Shown here piece after piece: positions 51,237 to 64,000 of a DNA stretch of 64,000 nucleotides. Each line of letters begins with the position of its first letter. The stretch's first letter is position 1. The translations under genes were made by a program, and so were the position numbers. The notes beneath the pieces are model-generated. The model was given only the letters and a program-made list of their open reading frames with translations, did no database searches and had not been told where the DNA came from. Source of the stretch: Epiperipatus broadwayi (taxonomy: Eukaryota; Animalia; Onychophora); NCBI GenBank assembly GCA_028023455.1, contig JAQFVV010000003.1:26474001-26538000 (forward strand), written 5' to 3'.

Positions 51237-52349
51237 GCTTTGGATCTGAGAGCACTGCACCTAGATCTCAGGATCTAATGCGCCCTTCAGCAGCCACTTT
51301 TTATCTCTACTTAGCTTCAAAACTATGAGAATTAAATTGAAAACAATAATATTTTTAGTCTAAGCTCAATAGCTTATATAGTCATATGGGTCTGAACCCA
51401 GTTCAGTACCCATACATTTTGGTGTCTTTGGCTCTTTAACAACCATATCCACCACTATCCTATTAGGGCAGGATTGGTGTTAAACCACTAAACATGACTT
51501 GATCATTATTTCTTATAACTGTTATTAAAACAAGCAAAACTCTCCATACAGTGCCAACTAGAGTAATCAATGGATGTCAGAAGGCATGTGCATAAAATCA
51601 CACATAGGTATGTGCTAGCATAAGAAATAGTGATCATGTGATGTTTAATGGTTATAATTTATATACTTGGAGTTCTAAATTTAATTATATAAGGGATTTG
51701 AACATAGACTTTCAAGCTCCCCTCGAGCATCTGTTCTATCTTTACATATTTCAATTTATTACTTTCTTTTTTATATTTTTGAAATTGAAATATTATTTTT
51801 AAGAATCGTTTTTATTTTTAAATTTATATTTCTAAAAAATAATTGAAAATTTGAAAAAATATAGTGAAAAATAAAAATTTATTCATTAAAATAAAAAATT
51901 GGCAGTATAATTCAATTGGCCACCAGGAGCTGTGAAAAACATATAGGGGATAATATCATACATATATGAACATGTGAATAAACTGGACTAGCAAATTAAC
52001 AACATATTTGTAAATGCAAATAAAATGAAATTGAGATAACTAGACCTGTTATATAACTATACCTTAAGTAGTTGGATGCATACATTTGTTAATATATATT
52101 TGTCCTCTAATTGAACTTTTATTTTTCTTTACTTTATTGCTATCTACTAATATTCATGAAATTACAGACTAGGTAATAAATGACTAATGCTTTGGATTTA
52201 TTCACCTTATAACTTAAATGTTAATATATGAAAGAAAGAAAAGATTTTTAAAAAAATAGTAGCACAAAAAGAAAAAACAATTAGATTACATCTTTACATC
52301 AAAATCTTGAATCGGTCCTCACAGGAGGTAAGAAAATCAACATCTACAA

Positions 52350-52900
52350 TGGATATATCCTTCATAAATTTACAAACTGTATTTTAAACCTAGACTTTTC
52401 CTAATTGAAATAGTTAAATTTTCTATCGGTGCTATTAATAAGATAATCTTTTCATATATGATTATTACTGGGTATCTTTACGTCAAATCTTGAGTCAGAA
52501 ATTCCTCTAACTTGATGGTTTTTCACTCTTAATAAACATATACCAAGGAATTAAAACAATTCTGGACATAGTTAATATATCACTTAGTAGAGCAAGCAAC
52601 AGGCTTCATAATAGATTTTAGCAAATTATCCAATTCTAGGCATTACATGGCAGGAAATAATGGACCAATTCTGTTTTAGTTGTCTTTAGCTAGTCATTTT
52701 GGAGAAATTACCATTGATGTAATAGAAATATAGAAAAATAATCTTTCCATACTGGTAATTTGCCTTCTTACTTCCATAGATAGAAGGATAAGATTTTTTC
52801 CCTATTAATGCTGTTGGAATTTATTGCAAGGAGCAGCCAACTTTTGCCATCTATAGCAAATAGTGATTGCTTAAAGTCTTGCTTGATTTATTTGTCTTTG
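52350..52900 (-). mobile_element. Possible PIF/Harbinger transposase relic
   Basis: The minus strand has LFAIDGK (about 52845-52865) and later LMKP- and NY..SR-like remnants (about 52560-52615). Very decayed. Confidence 0.33.
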
Positions 52901-55900
52901 AAGTTTGCACTCTGAGGTTTAAAATCTGTTAAAAATTTTCTTGAAATGTCATTTATAATCTTTTTATGTAACCATATATTTTTCAAAGCTCAGAAGTAAT
53001 GCACAAATTATTTTCAGAATTTTTTTTTTCAGCCAATAACTTATTTGTGTGTATGTTTGATTTGACAAACTGAATTTTCTTCAATAAATTTGGGTTGTAA
53101 ATTATTATTTTCACTGTCAGTCAAATGTCTTTAAATATATTTCTTTGGATTTATATTTTTTAACTTACCAAACTTACTATTACAAGATAATGCTTTCTGT
53201 ATTTGTAAAGATTGTTACTGCCATTTCCCATTGATTGTACTAAAAAGTGAAATATTGATTAAGTGATCTTGACGAGCAAAAACTGCAAATTTTACATTCT
53301 TAAACATGAAATTTATTTTTTTAATTTCCAGCTTTAAATAATTCGGAAAGTCGCTTACAAAACCTTTTCAATTTTTGTTACAAAGTCAAAATGCTGTAAA
53401 TACAGAAAATGAGTCATAGAAATTAATCAATTCTGTACATTTGTCACTAACACATATATATTCAGGAACACTTAGCTTTTCATATAATAAATGGATATGT
53501 ATTTTATTTTATTCAAACTTTTGTGACTGTGATGGATGCCATAACATTAAAATCTTTACTTTTTAAGTTTTCTGATTTAAATTTTTGCATAATTTTATAT
53601 TATCTTAAATTTAAACTTGCATCAGGATTGTGATTTATTTCATGTTATAATAAAATATGGAGTGTCAAAAAAAATTACATATGAAATATAATAATTGTTA
53701 GTAAGAAAAAATAAGATTTCTATTTGTATTAATAGATGATAGTACTACCATTTTGATTTTATTCTAGATAACAAGTGCATGTGTATACATTCAGTGACTT
53801 CATTCATTAAAATGAACATCATTTCAAAGAAGTGCATGACGGAAGAGTAGCAAGATGATCTAAATTTTTGTTAACAAAAAGATTTCTTGCAAAGTATTTT
53901 CTTAAATATATTTTTCCATTCATGGTTAAAGCATTCATGACATGTATGATGATGAAATGGATGTGCAGTGGTAAAAGTGATATACTAAAGATCTTTTTAT
54001 TGTTGGTTTTGGAGAAGCAATATCTTTTGAAGGTTTGTTTGGTCTTGGTTTATTTTTTATGTAACTTTTTTCCTGACATTTTTTCCTATTTGTATATCTA
54101 TGTCTACTTCAGTTCTATTTACAAATGTTCCATTTCTTACATAAATTCATTAACAATATTTTTTGAATGATTATTATTAATCATTCATTACATTAGATAT
54201 TAAATCATTGGTAGCTCTCATAGAAATTTTAAATTTAGCTAAAGATTAACATATTTTTTCTTATTAAAATCATTAATTAAAGACTAATATAGTATACCTT
54301 TTTTTATATTATCATGCAATTTTGGTTTGGCCAGAAATACATCTCCAGAGTCATTTGAAATCTGTGTAATGAAATAATTTAAAGTTTATCTATGCATATT
54401 ATCTACTTTATCTAATCTCATACTTTTTCAAAATCTCTTGTAATACAAAAATGGCCTTCTATTTATAATTCATAGCAATTATCAGACAAAAAATGGAACT
54501 TCTTATGATCATTTCTAAACAATTATAAGTAAATGATCCCATAAGTAATTGAACTTGGTTAATTATTTGATATATGGATGAAATGTCATTGGAACTTATA
54601 TCTATGAGAAGGAAATTTGATGTGGAATTTAATATTTAGAGGGAGAATATCATAAAATATATATTCAGTGTTAATGAAATTTTACAAAATGAATTATCAA
54701 AACTTTTAACACCTTATACTTTTATGAATCTATCTAGTTTAAGAAAGAGAACTTCAAAAGGAAGAACATGCCTCAAGTAGCAGATGAATGAAGAATTATT
54801 GACATTCAAATCTTTTTAAAAGCAATATGTACATTGTCTATTATATTTATGGTATTTTTTTAAAAATCTGCAATCATTGTTAATTACATGTATCCACTTT
54901 TAATTTATGATGTCGAGAGTGGATTAAAGAAATTACTTATTGAAAAGAGGTAGTTTTGGTATAATTTAAAATTCTGCCAAAGAGGTTGGTGGGGTGAGGA
55001 ACAGCATTAAACTATTCTATAAAACAATTGAAATGGAAATTAATTAGTTATACTAAGATACAAAATCTCTTCAGAAAAGTTTTATCTTTGTGAAGTTTGC
55101 TGAATTATTATAGAAAAGTAAGTCTTATGATAGGATCTTGTAAAAAAAGTATTAGAAGAGAGTTTTAATTTTGCAGTAACTGTTAACAGATAAGTTTTTA
55201 ATAATTTTTATATAAGTATGTTCTGCTATGTTCTCTGAAAGTAAGTTGAGATAATTAAATAGCCAAATTAATATGTACAAATGATCACTTCTATTTTACT
55301 TCACTTTCCATCTCCTTATATTCAGACTCATATGAATTTAACAGTAGCAAGTTATATAAAATTGAACTACTTGGATAATAAGGCACAAGATAAAACACCA
55401 TTTAAAATAGACCATTACAAAGCAAAGCCATCTCCAATAATCCTTTCCTTCATAGAGAAATACTAAGAGAGAATGCATTACCCACTAAACTTGTGAATTG
55501 CCAGATGTTGAAAGTTTGAGCATTTTTTATTTTAATTTTATCCTCTAGTTAAGATTTACTAAGGGGTATTGATTAATTAGTTGGGTCAGCTACTAAGGAA
55601 AAAGAAATCTAATTGTTCTGAATTTAAAATTAGATTATTGATAGAGATAGAAATTTCAGTCTTACCAAGTTATTTGGTATATAATTTTTTTAAATCTACT
55701 TTCAGTCTTATGATTTATGCTTATATTATCTACAATATTTTCTAATCTTATCTAAACTGTCAACTTCATACTTTTTTTTTTGTTTTGAATTTTATTTTGA
55801 TTTTTTTTTTATTTATTTTCTTTAATGTAATTTAACTCATATTTATGTAAAAAAAAAAAAAGAAGAAGAAAATGCATATATATTTAGAAATTATTGTATC

Positions 55901-58900
55901 AAAATTATAAGTCTGGCATGGGGTTGGTTTACATTTAATGAATACAACCTAAAACAAATCAAAATCATCACAATAAACCAATAAGTGAATTAAAAATGTG
56001 TGGATTTTAAAAGTGATTCATTATCTTAGCGCCATCTATAATTTATTAAGAACATACATGTCATATTTTATATTTTGAATCTGGTATTGGTTTATTGGTT
56101 TTCATATGGATGATTTCACCACCAGCTCTGATTTGCTGCTGAAATAGTAAAATTCACCAAAACAAATTAAATAAGAATATACAATTTATTTGAATATTAG
56201 TAAAGAAAAATGTATTATTGTTGCTATAATTATTATCTACATACTCATGTGGAAATTGCTTATTTATTGAATATTATTATTAAATTGATACATAAAACTT
56301 CAATTAAATGTATTTTTTTACGAGCCCGAATGTAAAAGTACATTTTATGCTTACTGATAGTTTATGTATAGTTTCCTGGGGTTTTTTCAGTACTTCCATA
56401 TTATTTAAAACTTCGATTAGCTCAATCTATAATATATTTTTAAATAATTATGGTTTATTTTTTAATATAGCTCCATTTTTTTTATGTCCATAATCATACC
56501 TATGCCTTCGTTATCTTTAACAGACTTAGCTTTTATTTTCAATTCATCTCTTAAATTCTTAAAGGCATCATGAAAATGTGTGTATGCTAAAAGAACGTGG
56601 CACATAGTCATTTTTTTTTTTTAACTGTCCTGCACTAAACAATATTATCATAATCTTATTAGGTATTTCGTTCTAAATCTGAGTTAACTATGGAAACTTT
56701 TATAATCTATATTACCAATAATACTTTATGTTTAGATAGCAAGTAATATTCTAGAATGTTCATAATGTGCCAATAAGTGAACCCACAGGGACATAGCTAA
56801 ATCTCAATTAGTAATTGTTATATATATGAATATTTGTTAATTTTCTATCAAAAACACTCATTTGAATAAATATTTCACCCCAGATGGAAGATCAACTCAG
56901 AAAGACCTAATTTCAAATGTCTGCTGTGCCTTTATCATGATTTGACTTCAAACATCATTTCTTATATTTTATTTAATGGAACTTTAAAATATATATATAT
57001 GTTTATTAAGTTAAATTACTACAGAGTGTATCCAAAACCATGTTACATATGGACTGGTTGTACATAAGGTTTGGTTGCTACCCTACGTTCTTAACCACAT
57101 TTCTATATGATATCAAACTATATGCAGTCTTGAGCATTTATATTGGGCTTGACATATTTTGATTGGATATAACAAGTTTCCACAGCTAGGCCATGATGTC
57201 AAGAAAAAGGTTTAAGCAATTAGCTAATTTTAATATAATTTCATGATACATATTGATTTGTTACCACAATTTTCAGCAGCTGCACTGCACCACTCTTCAA
57301 CTTCCCCATAATCCTATAGACAAAATACAGTCTTGGTCTTTCATATTAGACCTGCCATTTTATGAATGTATAACACAAGGTACAACAGCTACTTCACTTC
57401 ATCCTTAAACAGAGCTGTAATTTTTTGTTCCAAACGGTCTTAGCTTGATATGTGTAAATTATATTTGAAATTAAGGATTATATTTCTTTTCCAGATTATT
57501 TCCTGTGGGCAATTCACTTCATTAGTCAACATGCTATATGATAGGCTTGTTGGTCAATAGGTCTGATGAATTGTGTATAATTACATAGCATGTATTTATG
57601 TTATAGCTAAATCCCATCTTTATTCTGTACCAATCTTTCACAGATGGATAGATATTAACCTTATAGCTTGCCCTCCTCTTATACCCACTTCACCCATGTC
57701 ATCCACAGGAGGTATTCCTGTTTTGAGTTAGAGTTTTGCCTGCATTCTTGGAGAATCATCCTCTCTGCAGTTCAGTTCCATCTGCTTCCAAGAGTCAGAA
57801 AACAATTTTCCCATCACTAGCAGATAATCCCTGATCTTCATACTGCAGATGATTTCCTTGAACTCATCCCGTGGACTTCTCATGCTAGGATGAAATTTCA
57901 GGTGGCACCTGATGAACCATGATGCACAGTATATCATAATGGCCATTCTGATTGTGGCAAATGTGCCACTTTTCAGTGCTTTCTCCAAATCTATCACATC
58001 AGCGCATCCCAAATGGACACTTGAGCACAGCTTTATTTTCAGGTGAGTCAGTTGAGAACATTTGGAATATATATGCTCCACCATCTCCTCATCCAAACTA
58101 CAAAGTGTACATAGTGGGTGCAATTTTTGAAGCCAAGAAATTGATTTATTGGGAGTGAACATAAGATATTTTATTAAGAAATCTGCCAGTTTGGGCTCCA
58201 GTGCCCAAAATCTTGCCCTTCTAGTAAGGAGCTTTATGTTTGTGTTGAAAAATGTCACTATTTTTTCTTGTCTGGGATAGATTATTTTGTAAATGTCCCA
58301 GTAATTTTTTTTTGCTACTAAATAATTGATCCACATCTGGGTGAAACCCACTTATGTTGATCTCCATTTCACTTATCCATTTATTTCTTTTAGGCAGTAG
58401 GGTATCTGTGGGTTCTATTCAGCAAGCGATTTGAAGTTCAGCCTATCACTTTTAATATGGCTACTGCCCTTTGCACGTATTTAACCTCGATTGCATGAAG
58501 ACCAAGACCATTCAGATCCTTAGGTTTCTGTAGTTTAGGAAGACTAATGCATACTGTTCTCTTTGGCGACTTCTTCCATATTATATTTATACATATGGAC
58601 TTGATAGTGGTCTGAAAGGCCTTGGTTGGCCTGATGATTGGTAGGTAATATGCAATGCATGGGAAGACCAGCATGTTAAGTATTGTCACCTTGCCTTGGA
58701 GTGACAGAGGAATTGAAGACAAAATATTGGCAACCTTCCTGGTCTTTTTGATGATTATATTTTGAATCTGCCTCCTCATCATGTATCTTGACAGTGACAC
58801 CAGAAATCTTGGAAAAAAATTCTGGGATCTTCCTGTAAATTTAGATGCAACATGTTTTTCTCCACTGTCTTCCACACTGCCGATTTCACAGGATTAACTT

Positions 58901-60153
58901 TAAGATGGTACTTTGCAGTATAATCCTCAGGACCTGATATTAGCAGATGGTAGGACTATAGTCATGTTATCCACATATAAATGTGATGAATCACCTCTCC
59001 CAGTGCCAGAACATATATCCCAGGAAGCTTGTCCTCTACCTCCTTTAAAAAGTGGTCAATATAAGCAACAAAGCACAGAGTGCTGAGTGGCGACGCCTGG
59101 GGGATGGAAAGGTGAGGCTGGAACCCCAGGGCAAGATAGTTATTTAGAGATATATGGTTAGACCTGTTCAGCAGCAAGTTGGCAATGATTTTGACATAGA
59201 CAAGAGGGTCCCCATAGGGCCTGAAATCAAGAACAGTTGGCTAGGTAGCACAGTCTAATGTGGCCTCGAAATCCAATTGGACTACAAAGGGCTGTGTTCT
59301 CCTCTTGTCCCTTCACTGCTTCACAAGTTGAAGTACCCTTTCAGGAAAATTGGTGCCTGGAAATCCTTGAAAGTATTTGCTGCTGGATCCTATTGCTGCT
59401 GGATCCTATTCTTAACTATTGACTCAAACAAAACAATTATGAGTAACAGCATCATGGGTATTGGTCTTAAGTTTGGAAGAGCAGAAGGATTTTCTTGGTT
59501 TTTTCATGAATGATATGAGGGCTATCGGATATAGGTCAGGGATATGTTGGAATTCCCCCTACCACCACATCGATCACTGCTCGTACTATAGGTGCTGTAA
59601 ACCTGCTCAGGTGTACCAGAACAAATTTTGGTATCCCGTGTAGGTCCAGATGGGTTCTTTGAGAATAGGCCAACAGCCATTGAGTGATATGTTCCTCTGT
59701 GATTCCATGGCCACATGGCTCTTCCTGTTATCTCCAGATGTGTCCAATGCTGAATGGATGACTTTTGCAATCTGCTCTTGAAATAGCTGCTTATTTTTTC
59801 CAGTATCTCTGATCCTACAAAATTGCAATTGTCGGAGGTTATCATGGATGGCATGCGCCTTTTCCTGGCACCAATCACCCATCTCAGGTACCCTTGGGTC
59901 CAGTTGTGCTACATGGACAGTTAGAGCTTAGCTCTCTTGATTGCAATATATTGTGCCAGCATCCTTTGTCTGTTCCTGTATTGACCTTTGAAGACTCATA
60001 ATCTTCGACACATCTGTTGTGAAAGTTTTTTAATCTCCTTGCCCAAGTCATCCAACTCTGAGTAGCCTGATCAGCCCTTTAGTATGACAGATGAATATAT
60101 TGATTATTGCACTAGGAATACCAACAAATGCCAACTAGGCTTGGAGCAGTGGT

Positions 60154-60257
60154 AATGTCAGAAGCTGTTCTTTGTTGTATAATATGTACACATCTGAGAA
60201 AATCCAATGTCAGAAGTTGTTCTTTGTTGTATAATATGTACACTTCTGAGAAAATCC
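60154..60257. repeat. Tandem duplication, 2 x 52 bp, overlapping the start of the 431-bp unit
   Basis: AATGTCAGAAG(C/T)TGTTCTTTGTTG begins at 60154 and 60206. Confidence 0.88.
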
Positions 60258-61061
60258 ACTCAGGAGTGTTGGCCTTTTTCAACCTCCTGATGGTCTTAGA
60301 TTGATGCAAAGGATACAGCGGGACTTGATCTAGCCTTAGAGATATCAACATGGCCAAGTGATTAGTACTATTTCAAATGTAGCATGAAGAGTATAATGTA
60401 ATTCCAGGCTATACAACAATAAATCAATAAGAGAACAATACTGCCAAGTGTAGAAGGAGAAAGCATTTTTGGAGAAACAGCCTTCCCCGCTATTTGCTGT
60501 GGACCATGTTGAAATTCCAAAAAAATATAATTCGTGACAATGCTGAAGCCAGAAAATCGGTCACTCTGGAGTCTCTCTGCAGGTATACATAGATTATTAT
60601 TATGGTGGAATTTGAGATGGTTACTTCAACAAATCCAATGTCAGAAGTTGTTCTTTGTTGTATAATATGTACACTTCTGAGAAAATCCACTCAGGAGTGT
60701 TGGCTTTTCTCAACCTCCTGATGGTCTTAGATTGATGCAAAGGATACAGCGGGACTTGATCTAGCCTTAGAGATATCAACATGGCCAAGTGATTAGTACT
60801 ATTTCAAATGTAGCATGAAGAGTATAATGTAATTCCAGGCTATACAACAATAAATCAATAAGAGAACAATACTGCCAAGTGTAGAAGGAGAAAGCATTTT
60901 TGGAGAAACAGCCTTCCCCACTATTTGCTGTGGACCATGTTGAAATTCCAAAAAAATATAATTCGTGACAATGCTGAAGCCAGAAAATCGGCCACTCTGG
61001 AGTCTCTCTGCAGGTATACATAGATTATTATTATGGTGGAATTTGAGATGGTTACTTCAAC
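60200..61061. repeat. Tandem duplication, 2 x 431 bp, inside the APE-coding region
   Basis: AAATCCAATGTCAGAAG begins at 60200 and 60631. The units differ at only a handful of positions. Confidence 0.93.
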
Positions 61062-61999
61062 AATTAACAGTTCTTCATTCATATACAGAGTTCTTGTACT
61101 GTCTAATCTGAGCTTTATCCTTATTAAAATTGTGACACCTGAGTGGGCTGACACAGCTAAGAGGTACTGTAGGACTCCAAATTGTCCTAAAATGTGATTT
61201 ATTCTGCTATCAGAATTCCAGTGTAACTTGGTCTCATTAAGGCATATTATATCAAGGTGAGACTGATCTAACCACCACTTAAGGGCAAATAATCTAGCCA
61301 GGGAATTTAATCTCCTGAAGTTCACACTGCCAATGTTCAGGATCATAGGAAATCATTTACATGGTGGTCTAGATCTCTAATCTTTTGCACGAATCATCAG
61401 TCATAATCGTATGATTACTGGACTCCGATGAACTCTGTCTTTGAGATTGAGAAATGTTGACCAAGTGTTCCAACTCCCTTCGAGTCTCTATTGCTTGCGC
61501 CTGATGTCTGACTTTCAGATTGGGTCTCTTTATCCTTATTCATATTTACTTATTGCCCATTATTTAAAGTTGGATTTTCACACACTGATCCTCTTCTGGA
61601 CTTCTTGAATGTCCTGCTTTTTTCTCTGTGGCTTAGGTTTAACTGTCAGTGATGAATTTGAATGATCCACTGACTTGGTGTCCAATTGAGTTTGATGTCT
61701 TATCAGCATGCAAAGCAGAAGAATCATGTGACTTGTGCCTTACCAGCCCAGCACCAAGTCCAAAACTTGTCATCTTGATCTGAGCTTGACTGACAACTCT
61801 GCCCCTCCATCCGAACCTCTTCTCCTGCACTTGAATCACTATTTATGTCAATAAGGTTGTTAGACAATTTAGGTATTTCTGTATTCAAATCCATTAATAG
61901 TATTTTGTCCCTGTTGTTTTCCCTCTGTATTATGTGCTCATGTTCCTTTACTTATAAATTTGTTTTATTTAACCATGCATCCAATGCCATAAGGGTTTT

Positions 62000-63371
62000 T
62001 GTCTGTATTGGAAGCCTGTGACCTTGCATTTTGTTCTTCTGCTTCCATGTTGCATTTATGCATCCTGCTATTTCTAATCTTGCATCTGAGTCAAAATGTT
62101 TTAGAGCATGCCCTTACCAAGTGCTGCATGTGAAGCACTGTGGCCTCACACCTCGGATGGTAACAAACATAGGGCATTTTTCATCTTCCAATACAGGGGG
62201 TAAGTCAGTAGGCAGCTCCCCAAAAGCTAATTTCAGAGTGAATATTGCCATATTTGATAATAGTTCAATTTCTGATCTTGTATCGGTCAAATACTGGAAA
62301 TGATCCTGATCTTGTATCGGTCAAATACTGGAATGATTTTAGAGTTTCATATCTTTCCTGTAGCTTCTGCATATCACGGCTGCTAAAGTTCATGTAGCAT
62401 TTACATGCAGTGTCATGTACTACCTTCGGCTGCGACATGTCTACTTTTACAAGAAATCTGTTATTTAGGAACATCTGCTTTCTTTCGAAGAGTTTTTTTT
62501 GGAGGACATTTCTAAAGTCTACAACAAAATAGCAGCCATTAGGATGGTGGTAAACCCGCTTTATTGGGTCCTCTAGGTGTTGTTTTTTTATCAGAAGAAA
62601 AAACTCATTGGTTGGAAACTGAAACAGCTGGCACTTCCTGTTTGTGGTGGTTAATATAAGTGCACATTCACTATTATAGTTGTTAAATGACCAATTTGTA
62701 ATCATTAGAATCAAGTATGTTGTTGCCTTGCATTGAGTTAATCAGTGTAACATCAATGTTGCTTAAATATATGTCCTCTTCAAGATCCAGTAATGGCAAT
62801 TCTGATGTATGCTCATTCATTTGACCTTTATTGCTAAACTTCTCACTTTTGTGCTTGTAGCATATGTTTTAATGTTTTGTTGTTCGTGGCCATTTTGATG
62901 AGATTTCAGCTTGTCTGCATAAGTTGTTGTATTCTGATTACCATTAACACCTGATATATTACTGGTGGATCCTATTTTATCCTCTATTAATGATGGAAGT
63001 TGAGCTTGTATGTCATTTTGTTTATTAGGCACATTTTTATTGAGTTGACCTGTTATTGTTGATTTTGTAGAGATTTCTAAATCGTTAGGATAGTTATTTG
63101 TTTTGCTTTCCTTTTGAAGCAAACTTTGTGTGTTTTTCTTTATGTCAGTTTTTCCTTTAGGATTTGTACTTGCATTGGCTAAATTAGTATTTACCTCTTG
63201 ATTTTCAGCATTGTTTCGATGCAAAACTGAGTTTATATCATTAAGATCGGGCTCTTCCGGTGTAGCGCCCTCTTTTTTGCTAAAATTTCCTTGATATTTT
63301 ACTTTTTGCAGTTTCGATTTCAGAGATTTTCTTACAGACCCTATAGCACTTACTTTCCCTCAAATTTTCAT
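62000..63371 (-). pseudogene. Disrupted L1/Tx1 ORF1 (gag-like nucleic-acid-binding protein)
   Basis: ORFs 62817-63224 and 62265-62714. The frame extends upstream to an ATG at 63371 through one TGA. A degenerate knuckle IRGVRPQCFTCSTW*GH lies near 62105-62160. The 3' end is not resolved. Confidence 0.65.
62272..62338. repeat. Tandem duplication, 2 x 34 bp, in ORF1
   Basis: CTGATCTTGTATCGGTCAAATACTGGAA begins at 62272 and 62306. Confidence 0.88.
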
Positions 63372-64000
63372 GATTTGTGGGGAGGACCCTAGGAAGCAGT
63401 TCATCTTTAGATGAGCCTGCTTTATTTTGCATTAGCTTTTGATTTTCATTGAATTTCTTATTAATATCTACTGAACATCTGGTATCTTTTAAATTTTTAG
63501 CCTTATCGGTCTTTTTGTTTTTAATAGAACTATTTTTTCCTTGGATTTTTTTCCATTCTTGAGATTAACTATTTTTTCCATATCTGGATAATTTTGGTGA
63601 TTCCAGATCCATTTTTTTCATACATCTTTTTGACACTGAAGATGCTTTCCTTATGGATTGCCTGTCTTGATCACTATATTCAGTATCCATCTTGGAACAT
63701 ATTGCAAAATTTCTTGGTATGTTATTGCGATTTAGAAAATCTTAATTTATGAAATAAACACTGAAAGTTCACACAGTCTCAACATAAGTTTATCTAGGGG
63801 TTTAAGATAAAGAAAATTAAAAAGAATAAAATTCTCACACAAAGAACTTTAAAATGCTTGCCTCACGATGTGTCAATAAACTTAATGCTATGTGCCATAC
63901 TGCGGATCATAATTTCAAAATATTACTTAGAAACATAATAACATATATATTAAAACCTTCATTGATTCAACATAATAATATTTTTATTATTTAACCCAAA

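Larger units (their letters stand above)
50630..51652 (-). mobile_element. Retrozyme-like tandem array: about 2.1 monomers (period 455 nt) plus a 5' inverted segment (51610-51652), flanked by a 13-bp TSD
   Basis: Unit starts are 455 nt apart. TATAATTTATATA occurs at 50617-50629 and 51653-51665. Two hammerhead motifs lie at identical unit positions. Confidence 0.88.
57728..61346 (-). pseudogene. Disrupted L1/Tx1 ORF2
   Basis: APE: LNIGSVN, IICLNETK, SGVTILI (60921-61346). RT: VVQLDFEA (about 59255-59275), IPQASPLS (58962-59177). Post-RT: LSLQGKVTILN..KPKDLNGLGL (58438-58875). C-terminus: LCTLC..EMVEHIYSKC (57728-58351). Confidence 0.88.
57640..63400 (-). mobile_element. Nearly full-length decayed L1/Tx1-clade LINE (ORF1 + ORF2)
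   Basis: ORF1 pieces with a degenerate zinc knuckle, then APE, RT and a C-terminal Cys/His motif, all collinear on the minus strand. Termini approximate. Confidence 0.9.

Noticed and set aside
50655-51328. Paired ORFs MPLSANQSNQW... (50655-50909, 51110-51328)
   Set aside because: GTG starts, antisense to the ribozyme strand, different lengths in the two units, and not preserved in copies A or B; by-products of the repeat.
57952-58158. Plus-strand ORFs over LINE bodies (also 3446-3631, 5431-5718, 43058-43249, 62031-62303)
   Set aside because: Antisense shadows of retrotransposon ORFs with no independent support.

Overview
Strongly AT-rich eukaryotic (metazoan-looking) non-coding DNA. I recognise no intact host gene, rRNA, tRNA or CRISPR array. 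The window is a patchwork of mobile-element remnants. Non-LTR retrotransposons: a 5'-truncated APE-RT LINE (2810-5749), two diverged L1/Tx1-type elements (about 41990-43905, and a nearly full-length decayed copy at about 57640-63400), a Vingi/Ingi-like relic and several RTE relics. DNA transposons: an internally deleted Tc1/mariner (maT-like) element, two copies of a hAT MITE with 8-bp TSDs, and an unclassified TIR element. There are also several long fold-back palindromes. The most notable signal is a non-coding repeat family with a monomer of about 455 nt. It carries a minimal type-I hammerhead-ribozyme motif with an unusual A..A pair closing stem II. It occurs at four loci: one single copy, one fragment, one inverted pair and one tandem array. 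Two loci have 12-13 bp target-site duplications and a short inverted segment at the 5' end, and one inversion junction falls on the predicted self-cleavage site. This fits a retrozyme-like, circular-RNA-producing non-autonomous retroelement. Ribozyme activity and the mobilising partner are inferences; neither is shown by the sequence.
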